Below, piece by piece: positions 26,729-38,121 of a stretch of 64,000 nucleotides of DNA (positions are counted from its first letter, which is position 1; every line of letters starts with the position of its first letter). Position numbers and translations under genes: made by a program. Source of the DNA: an uncultured Actinomycetota bacterium (GTDB lineage Bacteria; Actinomycetota; Actinomycetes; Streptosporangiales; Streptosporangiaceae). The notes beneath the pieces were generated by a model. The model was given only the letters and a program-made list of their open reading frames with translations. It had not been told where the DNA came from and did not search any database. The stretch covers positions 142,257-206,256 of the forward strand of contig CAVWOM010000012.1 of the NCBI GenBank assembly GCA_963756575.1, written 5' to 3'.

Positions 26729-28604
26729 TCAGTCGCCGGACAGGACGGGGCGCAGGGCGTCCAGGACGGCGGGGTCCTCGATGGTGGAGGGGACCGGCTC
26801 GTCCCGGCCGTCGGCGATGCCCGCATGGTCTTGCGCAGGATCTTGCCGGACCGGGTTTTGGGCAGGCGCGGTCACCACGTCGACCCGGCGCAGCGCGGCC
26901 ACCGCCCCGATCCGGTCCCGGATCAGCTGGACCAGCTCGGCCGACAGCACGTCCGGCGCGGTGCCGACCCCGGCCTTGAGCACGACGAACCCGCGCGGGA
27001 CCTGGCCCTTGGTGTCGTCGTACACGCCGATCACCGCGCACTCCGCCACCGCGGGGTGGCTGGCCAGCACCTCCTCCATCTGCCCGGTGGACAGCCGGTG
27101 CCCGGCCACGTTGATCACGTCGTCGATCCGGCCCATCACGAACACGTAGCCGTCGCCGTCCCGGTACCCGCCGTCGCCGGTGGTGTAGTAGCCGGGATGG
27201 GCCGACAGGTAGGACGCGACGAACCGCTCGTCGTCGTGCCACAGCGTGGGCAGGCAGCCCGGTGGCAGCGGCAGCCGCACCACGATGTCGCCGGCTCGCC
27301 CGGCTCGACCTCGGTGCCGTCGGCGTCGACGACGCGCACGTCGTAGCCGGGCACCGGCACGGTGGGCGAGCCGGCCTTGGTCGGCATCGGCTCCAGGCCC
27401 ATCAGGTCGGCCACGATCGGCCAGCCGGTCTCGGTCTGCCACCAGTGGTCGATGACCGGGATGCCGAGCAGTTCGCTGGCCCACCGGTAGGTCTCCGGGT
27501 CGAGCCGCTCGCCCGCCAGGAACAGGTACGGAAGCCGGACAGGTCGTACCGCTGAGCCAGCTCGCCCGAAGGGTCCTCCTTCTTGATCGCCCGGAACGCG
27601 GTCGGCGCGGTGAACAGGGTCTTCACGCCGTGTTCGGCCACCACCCGCCAGAACGCGCCCGCGTCCGGGGTGCCGACCGGCTTGCCCTCGTAGAGCACGG
27701 TGGTGCACCCGGCCAGCAGCGGCGCGTAGACGATGTAGGAGTGGCCGACCACCCAGCCCACGTCGGAGGCGGCCCAGAACACCTCGCCGGCCCGGGTGTC
27801 GTAGACGTTGTCCATGCTCCAGCGCAGCGCCACCGCGTGCCCGCCGTTGTCCCGGACCACGCCCTTGGGCTTGGCCGTGGTGCCCGAGGTGTACAGGATG
27901 TAGAGCGGGTCGGTGGCGGCGACCGGCACGCAGTCAACGGCTTCGGCTCCGGCCACCGCGGCGCCCAGTCCAGGTCGCGGCCCGCGGTCAGCGCCGCGGT
28001 GGCCTGCGGCCGCTGCAGGATGACGCAGCGCTCCGGCTTGTGGCGGCCAGCTCGATGGCGCGGTCCAGGATCGGCTTGTACTCGATGACCCGGCTGACCT
28101 CGATCCCGCAGGACGCCGAGACGATCACCTTCGGCGTGGCGTCGTCGATCCTGGTGGCCAGTTCGGGCGCCGCGAACCCGCCGAACACCACCGAGTGACC
28201 GCCCCGATCCGGGCGCAGGCCAGCATGGCGATCAGCGCTTCAGGGATCATCGGCAGGTAGACGATGACCCGGTCGCCTTTTTCCACGCCGAGATCGCGCA
28301 GCACCCCCGCGAACCGCGCCACCGCCTCGAGCAGCGCGTCGTAGGTGTACGTCCGCTGGGTGCCGGTCACCGGGCTGTCGTAGATCAGCGCGGCCTGCTC
28401 GCCCCGCCCGTCCCGCACGTGCCGGTCCACCGCGTTGAAGCAGGTGTTCAGCACCCCGTCGGGAAACCAGCGGTAGAACGGCGGGTTGGAGGCGTCCAGC
28501 ACCACGCGGGGCGGCTGGTACCAGTCGATGTTCTTCGCCGCGTCGGCCCAGAAGCCCTCGGGGTCGGTCAGGCTCCGGTCGAATTCCTGCGCGTAACGGC
28601 TCAT
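26729..28604 (-). pseudogene. Propionyl-/acetyl-CoA synthetase (PrpE/Acs-like AMP-forming ligase), interrupted by ~5 frameshifts
   Basis: Contiguous homologous segments lie in frames starting at 28604, 28191, 27956, 27708, 27484 (MSRYAQEFDRSL..., YILYTSGTTAKPKGV, YYTTGDGGYRDGDGYVFVMGRIDDVINVAGHRLSTGQMEE). Confidence 0.7.
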
Positions 28605-28757
28605 GACAACAAGCCGTACCAGGCGGGGTCGCCACTTGGCTAGGCCTGGCTGGCCTCAGCTGTTAGGTTCGGAAGAGTCCTCACGCCCGGGCCCGTAACC
28701 GGATCTATGGAGCAGAGGCAAGCCCGCTGGCGGGCCTGCGCGTGGTGAGGTGAAGAT

Positions 28758-29291
28758 GTGGTGAGCGGGCGGAAGCGCCGCTCCCCGGACTGGCTTTCGG
28801 GGAGTTCTTCCGTAACGCGTACCAGCCGCTGGTGCGGGACGTCATCTTCGCGGGCGCGACCCCCGAGGAGGCCGAGGACGCGGTGGCCGCGGCGATGGTC
28901 GAGGTGCTCAAGCGCTGGGACGAGATCGGCCGCCCGCGAGCGTACGCCAGGCAGGCGGCTCTCAACAAGATGTACCAGAGCAGGCAGCGGGGCCTGGGGC
29001 GGCTCCGCGAGCGGCTCATCGAGCGGGGAAGCGTGCGGCCGAGGGCGGCCTGGATCCGGGGCTCCTGGTCTGGAGCAGCAGGAATGGGTCACGCTGCTGC
29101 TGAAGTCGCTGCCGCAGGCCCAGCGTGAGGTGCTGGCCTGCATGGTCGACCTGTTCACCCCGCAGGAGATAGCCGAGCTGCTCGGGAAGACCGAGGCCGC
29201 CGTCCGCCAGAACCTGTGCGCGGCCCGCAAGAAGCTGACCAGGCGGCTCGGCCAGGCCGGGCGCCGCGACGGCAGGGAGGGGGCCACGTGA
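28758..29291 (+). pseudogene. ECF-type sigma-70 family sigma factor (regions 2 and 4), about 3 frame breaks
   Basis: MVSGRKRRSPDWL|FGEFFRNAYQPLVRDV...KRWDEIG...|EQQEWVTLLLKSLPQAQREVLACMVDLFTPQEIAELLGKTEAAVRQNL. Segments sit in different frames. Confidence 0.55.
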
Positions 29292-30090
29292 ACACGGTGC
29301 CTGACGGCAGGAACGAGTCGCTGGACGAGCTGTTCGGGAGCCTCTTCGCCTGGCCGGCGAGTTCGCGGGGCAGATCGGCCGGGACGAGATCGAGGCCAGG
29401 CTGCGCCACGTGCTGCGCCAGGCGGGCCACCCGGGGGCGGCGCCCGAGGCGGGCCACCCGGCGCCCGGTCCCGGCGAGTCCCCGGCGGCCACGCTGGTGC
29501 CCCTGGCCGCCGGCGGAGACCAGGCCGCCTGGGGCGAGATCGTCGAGCGCTACGCCCCGCTGGTGTACGGGATCTGCCGGCGGTACCGGCTGAGCGACCG
29601 CGACCTCGAAGACGTGGGGCAGCAGGTGTGGTTGCGGCTCGTTGATCAGATCGGCCGGCTCCGCGAGCCCGCCGCGCTGCCCGGCTGGCTGGCCACGACC
29701 ACGGCCCGGGAATGCCTGCGCGCGCTGGCCCGGACGCGCCGGTCCGAGCCGCTGGCCGGGTGGCAGGAGCGGGCGGACGACGCGGCCGCCGGCGAAGCCG
29801 CTGACGGGATCGTCGTCGCGGAGATCCTCGCCGCGGAGCGGGGCGCCGCGCTGCGCGCGGCCCTGGCCGAGCTGCCGTCCGACTGCCAGCGGCTGCTGGC
29901 CATGCTCCTGCACGACCCGCCTTACTCCTACCGGGAGATCTCCGCGGCGCTCGGCATCCCGGTCGGCAGCATCGGGCCGCAGCGGCGCGCTGCCTGGACC
30001 GGCTGCGCCGGTCCGCGGCTTGTCCCCCTACGGGGACGGCAGCCCGTAGGTCAGAACGGCCGCCCCCGCCGGAGCCCGGCCCCGCGGCCT
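29288..30090 (+). pseudogene. Second ECF-type sigma factor with ~80-aa N-terminal extension; about 2 frame breaks; GTGA overlap with the upstream sigma gene
   Basis: Region 2 VERYAPLVYGICRRYRLSDRDLEDVGQQVWLRL, region 4 LPSDCQRLLAMLLHDPPYSYREISAALGIPVGSIGPQRR. Breaks near 29340 and 29990. 3' end uncertain (30049-30091). Confidence 0.5.
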
Positions 30091-30680
30091 AGCGGTCCAG
30101 CGGCCCCCGCTCGCGCAGCAGCAGCAGGCCGTACGCGGCGACGCTGGCGTCATCGGTGATCAGGCCCTCGGCAATCATCTCCTCGAACCTGGCCCGCGGC
30201 ACCCAGGCCTGGCCCATGTCCTGCTCCTCGGCCTCCCGGTCCGGTGCCCCCGGCTCGAGCCCGGTGGCCAGGAAGTAGTGCCCGGCCTGGGTGCTGACAC
30301 CGTGCGAGCTGTGCAGGTACCCGAGCCGGGTCAGCTCGCGGGCGCGCAGCCCGGTCTCCTGGCTCGAGCTCCAGCCGGGCGAGTTCCTCCGGTTCCCCGG
30401 TTCCCCGTGCGGCCAGCCGCCCTGGGGGAACGACCAGGTGCGCCGCCCGACCGGGTAGCGGTACTCCTCGACTAGGTGGAAGCCGCCGCGTTCGGCCGGG
30501 ACGACCAGCGCGAAGTCGCGCTTCTCCACGTACGCGTAGGTGCCGCGAAACCCGTCGCGCCGCTCGATGTCGTCGCGGTGCAGCCGCATCCAGGTGTCCT
30601 CGTAGACCACGCTGGAGGCGAGCATGCGGATATCCGGGTCGTCGCTCGGGAACGCATGAGGCTCCGATGCCGCTTGTCCG
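30089..30680 (-). CDS. NUDIX hydrolase (ADP-ribose pyrophosphatase-like)
   Basis: FPSDDPDIRML...WSFPQGGWPHGE... Nudix-box region is recognisable but locally aberrant. 5' end uncertain. Confidence 0.55.
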
Positions 30681-30699
30681 GACCTCGGCTCGGCCGGGC

Positions 30700-32177
30700 G
30701 GCAGCTCGCCGCTGGCCAGCGGGGCTCGGCCGTGACGCCCGTCCGGCCCGCGGCCGGGCGCCGCGCCTGGATGTGCCGGGTCACCGCGGTCGCCCCGAGC
30801 GCCGCCGCGACCGGCAGCGTGATCAGCGCGGGCAGCTGGTAGCGCCAGGAGAACTCGTACAGGTCCGCGCCCAGCAGCACGGCCACCGCCGATCCGGTGA
30901 CGAGCAGGCAGGCCAGCGCGGGCCCGGGGTCGCGGCGCCGCGCCGGAAGGTGAAGATCCCGGCCAGCCCGGCCAGCAGGCCGAACAGGAACACGGGCCCG
31001 GGCGTGTACCCGATGTGCAGCTGGTAGTAGCGCAGCGCGATGTCGGCCTTCCAGTGCACCCGGGCGTGCCCGCCGCCGCCGGTCCGCGCGAAGACCTTGT
31101 TCACGCTGTTCGGGCCGTGCCGGGTGACGCCGGGCGGGTAGTACGGGTAGCCGAACTGGAACTGCCAGCGCGAGATCGGGGTGTCGCCCTCCTGGGTGTT
31201 CCTGGTCAGCGCGAACAGCTTGACCGAGTCCTTGGCGATGTCGCCGGCCACCCGCAGCGGCTGCTGCTTGATGACGCTGTAGGCCATCGCCTTCTGCATC
31301 GGGATGGTGTCGATCGAAGATGCCGAGCCTCGACGTTCACCGGCTGGTACAGCACCCGCGGCGACTCGGGCGCGTTGACCAGGCCGTCCACCCCCAAGGT
31401 GGCGGCGACCGCCGGGCGCGGGCACAGCGGCCGCTCGTCGGCGGGGATCTTCAGCGTGGCGCAGTCGGCGGCGTGCGCGGCCCGTCCGTACAGGTACGCG
31501 GTGCCCATGTTGGACAGCTCGAACCCGTAGTGCATGACCACCGCGGAGTAGCTCATGTAGCCCAGGACCGGCAGCGCGAAGCAGGCCGTCAGGGCCACGC
31601 CGTGCAGCAGCTTGGCCCGCCAGCCCGCCGCGGCCAGCACCACGTAGATCAGCGCGGGCGCGATGAGCGCCTCACCCACCTGGCGGACCGGGGCGGACGT
31701 GCCGAGCGCCAGCCCGGCCAGGATGACCAGGAACAGGCCGGGCCGCCGCTGCCAGAGCAGCAGCACGAGCCCGGCCACCACCAGCGCCTCGAACAGCACG
31801 TCGGGCATGATCGTCTGCTCGGCGTTGAGCTGGTAGGCGTCGAGCAGCACCGGCGCCACCGCCAGCGCGGCCAGCCAGCGCCACGCCCCGCGGCGCAGCA
31901 TCAGCGCGTACAGCGCGACCGCCATGGCCAGCCCGAGCCCGTGCTGCATCAGCGCCACGTAGGCCAGGTCCCCGCCGAAGATCATCACCGGGCGCAGCAC
32001 CAGCAGCGAGTAGCCCAGCGGGTCGAACGAGCCCCAGATGGTGTTCACGTAGTCGGTGCCGAAGATGTACTTCTTCGAGTCGATGAACAGCAGCGCGGGC
32101 TCGTAGCCGATCTGGGCGATGGCGCGCAGCATCAGCCCGCCCGCCAGCACCAGCCAGAACATCCAGTGCCGCCGCAC
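30700..32177 (-). pseudogene. Polytopic membrane protein (possible lipid-linked glycosyltransferase fold), at least 2 frame breaks
   Basis: N-terminal 300 aa (frame from 32177) is TM-rich. Continues in the frame from 31425 (FGYPYYPPGVTRHGPNSVNKVF...) and then in the frame read by ORF 30089-30886. Confidence 0.45.
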
Positions 32178-32599
32178 CAGCCACGGTGGCCCACATCAGC
32201 CGGTCCACGCAGACCCGCGGGCTGCCCAGCCGACCGGCTCTACACCGACCTGGCAGCCGGCCGGGCTGGCCGCGGGCAACGCGGTGTCCCTCGTGTCGGT
32301 CACGCAGAATCCTCGCCTGAGTCGCGACAGTGCAGTTCCCGCAGTGCGGATCCGTGCAGTCACGGTTGGCTCAACAACAACATTACCTGCAGTCAGTCAC
32401 ACAGGCATGTCTTAACAGGCGGCGGGAGATGCCGCCTCGGGCCCGGCCGCCTTCCTGGCAGGCCTCATTCTGCCGCATCGCGCGGTGGCAGGCGGGCCTA
32501 TGGGAGAGATTTGCCCGGTGTCGTCACCAATTGCGATCGCGCGTATGTCCTGGTGACGGGCTTGAGGCTGGTCACGGCCCGGTGGTTGTCGGTCCCGGT

Positions 32600-33382
32600 C
32601 CCTACCATCGCCCCATGTCCGGATCAGCGTCAGGACCGGCCCGGCGCCTGGGGCGCCCTGCGGGCCCGGTGCGTCCCGCGTGTACCCGCCCGAGCCGCCC
32701 GGGCGCCCGGGTGTCTGCGGCGTGTGCCGCGGCCCGGCCGGCCCCGGGTACGCCCGCTGCTACCAGTGCACGCGGCACGAACTACTCGGCCCGGGCCTGC
32801 TGGCCGACGCCGTGGTGCCCAGTCTCCTACGCGGTTAAGGGCACGGCGTTCGCCGCCGACCTGTGGCGCTACAAGGCCGGGCGTCCCGACCCCGCCGCCC
32901 GGACGACCCTGCTGGCCCTGCTGCTGGCCTTCCTGCACGACCACGGCGCGCTGCGTGTGGCGGCAGGCCGGCATGGCCGCGCCCGGCCGCCTGGCCGTGG
33001 TGCCGACCGGCTGCGGCCGTCCGGGGCCGCATCCCCTGCTCGAGCTGGCCGCGCCGTACCTGCGGCTGCCGCTGGCCCGGCTGGTCATCCGGCCGGGGCG
33101 GCAGGGCCGCGACCCCGACGTAGCCCGGTTTCAGGCCGAACGGGCGGGCTCGGAGCCGACGTCCTCCTCCTCGAGGATTCCTGGGTTTCCGGGGCCAGCG
33201 CCCAGTCCGCGGCGGCCGCGCTCAAGCGCGCCGGGGCGGGCCGGGTCGCGGTGATGGTGCTCGGCCGTCACCTCGACCCGGCCGACCGGTACGGCGCCGC
33301 GCTGGCCGCGCGCCTCGTCGCGGGTCCCGGTGATCCGGGCAGATGCGCCGTACACGAACCTTTCCGCGCACTAAGGAAATAG
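32600..33382 (+). pseudogene. ComF-family phosphoribosyltransferase-domain protein, at least 3 frame breaks; 5' end uncertain
   Basis: C-terminal PRTase motif ADVLLLEDSWVSGASAQSAAAALKRAGAGRVAVMVLGRH. Middle segments (YAVKGTAFAADLWRYKAG, LAVVPTGCGRPGPHPLLELAA) lie in other frames. Confidence 0.45.
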
Positions 33383-33442
33383 CATCGGTTTGAACACTCG
33401 TTGTGTTGAATCAGTAGCTGGGAGTAGTTTCCGTGCTCTATT

Positions 33443-35440
33443 TTGACGGGCATGAAAGACCCTCGACTCGCCGCTGCCCTCCTGGAAAGCTCGCCCGACG
33501 CCCTGGCCGAACTCTTCGACGCCTACGGTGACCGGCTCTTCCGCTACTGCTGGAGCATGCTCGAAGTCGCGAGCTGGCGCAGGTCGCGCTGCGGGACACC
33601 TCCTGGTCGCGCCAGGCGCACATCGCCCGGCTGGCCGACCCCGAAGACCCGGAGTCGCTCGGCCCGTGGCTGTACTCGCTGGCCCGGGCGGAATGCCGCC
33701 GGCACCAGGCGGTACCCCCGGCCGCCGTGGCGGGGTCGCCGGCCTGGCAGGGCCTGCCTGCCGCCGATGCCCGGCTGATGTCCTGGAACGCGGCGATGAG
33801 CCTGGACGCGGCCGAGTTCGAGGCGCTCGATCTCGCCTGCCGGCACTACGTGGACCTCGCCCTGGTCCTCGGCCTGCCCGGCCGGGAAGCCGACGGCCTG
33901 CTGGACCGGGCCCGGCAGAAGCTGGAGCGATCGCTCGGCGCCGAGATCCTGGTCGGCCGCGGCCCCGCCTGCCCGGGCCGGGAGGCGATCCTGGCCGAGG
34001 GCGGTACTGGCCGCGCCGGCCAGCCGGGCCCCCTGGGGACCGAGGCCAGGGAGCGGGTGCTCGAGCACGCGGACGGCTGCGCGGCCTGCGGTCCCGCGGT
34101 GCCCCGCAACGTCTCGGCCACGCGCGTCTTCGCGCTGCTGCCCGTCCCCGCCCTGACCCCGCAGGACCGGGCCGGGATACTCGCCGCCCTCGCCGGCCAC
34201 CAGCCCCCCGCCGCCCCGGCGCTGGCGCAGGCCACCCTCGTCCCGACCCCCGCTGCCCCGTCCCCGCTGCCCCGGCCCCGGCCGCCCCCGCCCCGGTCGC
34301 GGCCCCGCCGGTCGCGGCCCCGCCGGTCGCCGCGGGCACGTCGGCGTTCGGACCGCCCCTCGCTTCCTATGTCCGCGCGTCTGAGCCTCCCGCCCGTTTC
34401 CCGGCGGCCCCGGTTCCCGCCGCTCCGCCGGCTCCCGCCGAGTCCGCGCCCTTCACCCCGGTTTCCCCCGCGGCTCCGGCCGCGCCCGCGCCCGCTACTC
34501 CGGCTCCGTCCGCGGCTCCGGCCGCCTTCTCCGCCGTGGCCGCCGCGCCCGCCCCGGCCGGACCGCACGCGCCGACCGTCCCGGCATCGAGCCCGTCCGC
34601 TCAGCGCACTTCGCGGCCGCGCCGGGTGCACCGGGGCCGGCTGCTGATCGCCGGTGCCGGGGTGATCGTCTCGGCCGTCGTGATGGCGTCGGCGATCGCC
34701 ATGGCCGGCCGGGCGAGCACGACGCGGCCGGGCGCGTTACCCCCACCCTGGCCGCCGGGGGCGCCGGGCCCGCGCTGCAGGCGGCCGGCCTGGGCGCGGC
34801 GGGCCCGGTCTCGTCCCACGCCGCCGCGGGCGGCGCGGGCGCCCGCCCGGCCGGAACCGGGCTGGCCACGCCGCCCCCGCTGGTCAGCACCAAGGGCGAC
34901 AAGAACCAGGTCATGATCACCGACGCCACCCAGCCGATGCCGCCGGACCAGGCGCCGGGTGCGCGGCCGGCCGCAGGTGGCGCGGCGGGCGAGCGGCGCC
35001 AGCGGACGCCGGCCGCGCCGGGCACGCTGCAGCTGTCGGCCGGCGGCTTGGCCCTCGGCACCGGCAACGCCGGGCAGATCACGCTCACCGCGACGGGCGG
35101 TACGGTCAGCTGGACGGCCAGCGTGTCCCGCCGGACCAGGTCAGCCTGAACAGCTACGGCGGCACGCTGCCGGCCGGGCACAGCATCACGGTGACGGTGC
35201 AGGTCAGCCGGGGCTCCGCCGCGGGCAGCGCGGCCATCTCGTTCCAGGGCAGTGGCTCGGACACGCAGGTTGTCCCGGTTTCCTGGTCGGCCCAGCCGGA
35301 CGGCTCAGGCACCGCTGGCACCGGCACCCGTCGCCCCCCGGCCCGTCGCCCTCGTCGGGCACGATGGCCGGCCCCGAGGCGCCGAAGCCGACCCCGTTAG
35401 GTCCCGGCCGCCGGTATCGGCCCGGACCCGATGACCCGGC
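33443..35440 (+). pseudogene. ECF sigma factor fused to anti-sigma-like zinc-finger, Pro/Ala-rich linker, TM helix and extracytoplasmic domain; about 5 frame breaks
   Basis: Region 2 LFRYCWSML. Region 4 AMSLDAAEFEALDLACRHYVDLALVLGLPGREADGLL. HADGCAACGPAV. (AAPAPA)n linker. RLLIAGAGVIVSAVVMASAIAMAG. C-terminal domain fragments in ORFs 34913-35149 and 35191-35400. Confidence 0.45.
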
Positions 35441-35474
35441 CCAGTCCCGGTCCGGGCGGCTCTAAGCTGGACGG

Positions 35475-36182
35475 GTGACCGCCGAGCCCGTATCGCATAC
35501 CGCGCTGGTCCGGCGTGCCCGCCGGATCAGCCGTGAGCTTGCCCTGCTCTACCCGGACGTGTACACCGAACTGAATTTCAAGACCCCGCTCGAGCTGATC
35601 GTCGCGACGATCCTGTCCGCGCAGACCACCGACAAGCGCGTGAACCTGGTGACGCCGACGTTGTTCGCGCGCTATCCCACGGCCGCGGACTACGCCGGCG
35701 CGGACCGCGAGGAGCTCGAGAAGATCATCCAGTCGACCGGCTTCTACCACGCCAAGGCGAACAGCCTGATGGGGCTGGGGCAGGCCCTGTGCGAGCGGTA
35801 CGGCGGCGAGGTCCCTGGACGCCTGAAAAACCTGGTCACCTTGCCGGGCGTGGGCCGTAAGACCGCGAATGTGGTGCTCGGCAACGCCTTCGGCGTCCCT
35901 GGCATCACCGTGGACACCCACTTCGGGCGGCTGACCCGCAGGTTCGGCTGGACCACGGAAACCGACCCGGTCAAGGTCGAGGCCGTGGTGGCCACGCTCA
36001 TCCCGCGCAAGGACTGGACCGACCTGTCCCAGCGGATGATCTGGCATGGCCGGCGGGTCTGCCATGCCCGCCGCCCCGCCTGCGGCGCGTGCGGGCTGGC
36101 CCAGCTCTGCCCCTCGTACGGCGAGGGCCCGACCGATCCGGTGGTGGCGGCCAAGCTCGTCAAGCCCGGCCCCTTCTCGTGA
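35475..36182 (+). CDS. nth: Endonuclease III (Nth), HhH-GPD with [4Fe-4S] Cys cluster
   Basis: [16 protein letters not shown]...[13 protein letters not shown]...[17 protein letters not shown]. Confidence 0.9.
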   Translation: MTAEPVSHTALVRRARRISRELALLYPDVYTELNFKTPLELIVATILSAQTTDKRVNLVTPTLFARYPTAADYAGADREELEKIIQSTGFYHAKANSLMGLGQALCERYGGEVPGRLKNLVTLPGVGRKTANVVLGNAFGVPGITVDTHFGRLTRRFGWTTETDPVKVEAVVATLIPRKDWTDLSQRMIWHGRRVCHARRPACGACGLAQLCPSYGEGPTDPVVAAKLVKPGPFS

Positions 36183-36832
36183 TCACCGGCCGCGAGCCGG
36201 GGCCAGCCGCGTCGGCCCCGGCGTGGCTGCGCGAGCTGGCGGACGCGGCCGCCACGATGGAGGTGCATCCGCAGCTCACCCCGCCCGCCACCGGCGGCCG
36301 GAAGTCCGCGGTGCTCATCTTGTTCGGCGCCGGGCCCGACGGCCCGGACCTGCTGTTCATCCAGCGGAGCGATTCCCTGCGCCTGCACGCGGGGCAGCCG
36401 GCCTTCCCCGGCGGGGCCATCGACGCGGACGACGGCGGGCCGGTCGCGGCCGCGCTGCGCGAGGCGGTCGAGGAGGTCGGCCTCGACCCGGACGGCGTGA
36501 ACGTCGTCGGCACCCTGCCCGAGGCCTTCATCCCCCGGACCGGGTTCCGGGTGGTGCCGGTCCTGGCCTGGTGGCGCGAGCCGTCGGCGGTCGCGCCGGT
36601 CGACGCCGGCGAGGTCGCCGCGGTGGAACGGGTCAGCGTGGCCGAGCTGGCCGACCCGGCCACCCGCCTCATGGTGCACGTCACCGACGGCCGCACCACC
36701 CCCGCCTTCCGGGTTCGCGGCATGCTCATCTGGGGGTTCACCGCCGCCCTGGTGGACCGGCTGCTCGCCTTGGGCGGCTGGGAGAAACCGTGGGATGTCA
36801 CCCGGGTCGAGGAACTGGAAACAAGGCGCTGA
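36179..36832 (+). CDS. NUDIX hydrolase (CoA pyrophosphatase type)
   Basis: GTGA overlap with the nth stop. AVLILF...[21 protein letters not shown]...REAVEEVGL Nudix box. Confidence 0.75.
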   Translation: MITGREPGPAASAPAWLRELADAAATMEVHPQLTPPATGGRKSAVLILFGAGPDGPDLLFIQRSDSLRLHAGQPAFPGGAIDADDGGPVAAALREAVEEVGLDPDGVNVVGTLPEAFIPRTGFRVVPVLAWWREPSAVAPVDAGEVAAVERVSVAELADPATRLMVHVTDGRTTPAFRVRGMLIWGFTAALVDRLLALGGWEKPWDVTRVEELETRR

Positions 36833-36871
36833 CGGCCTTGAGAATGGCGGAAACCCTATACCGTTAGGGTC

Positions 36872-38068
36872 GTGCGCGGTGATGTGCTCGACCTCATCTT
36901 GATCGTGGTTGTGGCCGCGTTTGCCGTGTCCGGCTACCGGCAGGGCTTCATCGTCGGCGTGCTCAGCTTCTTCGGCTTCGTCGGCGGCGCGCTGCTCGGT
37001 GCGGAGTTCGGCCCCAGCATCGCCCGGGCCATCGCCGGGGGGCAGACCCAGCAGGACGTCATCGCCGTCGTGCTGCTGGTGAGCTTCGCCGTGATCGGGC
37101 AGTTCATCGCGTCCTCCATCGGCGCGGCCATGCGCTCCACCGTCACCTGGCGCTCGGCCACGGTGCTGGACTCGATAGGCGGTTCGGCCGTCAGCATGGT
37201 CTCCGTGCTGCTGATCGCCTGGGTGGTCGGGTCGGTGCTGAACGGGTCGCCGTTCCCCGTGGTCGATCAGCAGGTGAACAACTCGCTGGCGCTGCAGACG
37301 CTGGACAAGGTCATGCCGACCCCGGCCAAGACCATGTTCTCCGACTTCCGCAGGCTGCTCGCCAGCAACAGCACCTACGCCCAGGTGTTCAGCGGGATCG
37401 GCGCCGAGCGCATCCTCGCCATCCCGGCCCCGGACCCCAACGTGCTGTCCAGCCCCGGCTTCCGCGCCGCGCAGGACCGGGTGGTCAAGGTGCAGGGGGT
37501 CGCGTCGAGCTGCCAGCGCCGCATCGAGGGCTCCGGCTTCGTCATCTCCCGTGACCACATCATGACCAACGCGCACGTGGTCGCCGGGGTCACGGACAAG
37601 CAGACGGTCACGACCACCGGCGGCCAGACGCTGCCGGCCACCGTGGTGTTCTACGACCCGCAGGTCGACGTGGCCGTGCTCTACGTGCCCGGGCTCAACC
37701 TGTCCCCGCTGCAGTTCGCCGGCCAGGCCCGGCCGGGCGACAGCGCGGTGGTCGCGGGCTACCCGCTGGACGCCCAGGAACTGCACACCGTGCCGGCCAG
37801 GATCGGCGGCATCCAGAACGCGCAGGGCCCGAACATCTACCAGACCAACACCGTGACCCGCCAGATCTACGAGATCCGGGCCGTGGTCGAGTCCGGCAAC
37901 TCCGGCGGCCCGCTGCTGTCACCGGACGGCACCGTCGACGGCGTCGTGTTCGCCGCCGCCGTCGGCGTCTCCGACACCGGCTTCGCGCTCACCGCGGCCC
38001 AGGTCGCCGCCGACGCCCGGTCCGGCGAGCAGTCCACCACCGCCGTCTCCACCATGGGCTGCGACTGA
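36872..38068 (+). CDS. MarP-family membrane-anchored trypsin-like serine protease (CvpA-like N-terminal TM + S1 protease)
   Basis: Four N-terminal TM helices. TNAHVVAG, GNSGGPLL catalytic motifs. Orthologous context to Mtb marP (Rv3671c), beside nth/nudix. Confidence 0.85.
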   Translation: MRGDVLDLILIVVVAAFAVSGYRQGFIVGVLSFFGFVGGALLGAEFGPSIARAIAGGQTQQDVIAVVLLVSFAVIGQFIASSIGAAMRSTVTWRSATVLDSIGGSAVSMVSVLLIAWVVGSVLNGSPFPVVDQQVNNSLALQTLDKVMPTPAKTMFSDFRRLLASNSTYAQVFSGIGAERILAIPAPDPNVLSSPGFRAAQDRVVKVQGVASSCQRRIEGSGFVISRDHIMTNAHVVAGVTDKQTVTTTGGQTLPATVVFYDPQVDVAVLYVPGLNLSPLQFAGQARPGDSAVVAGYPLDAQELHTVPARIGGIQNAQGPNIYQTNTVTRQIYEIRAVVESGNSGGPLLSPDGTVDGVVFAAAVGVSDTGFALTAAQVAADARSGEQSTTAVSTMGCD

Positions 38069-38121
38069 CCCCGGCTCCGCGGCGCTCACCTGGGATCGGC
38101 CACCCCGACCTCGGCGGCTCT

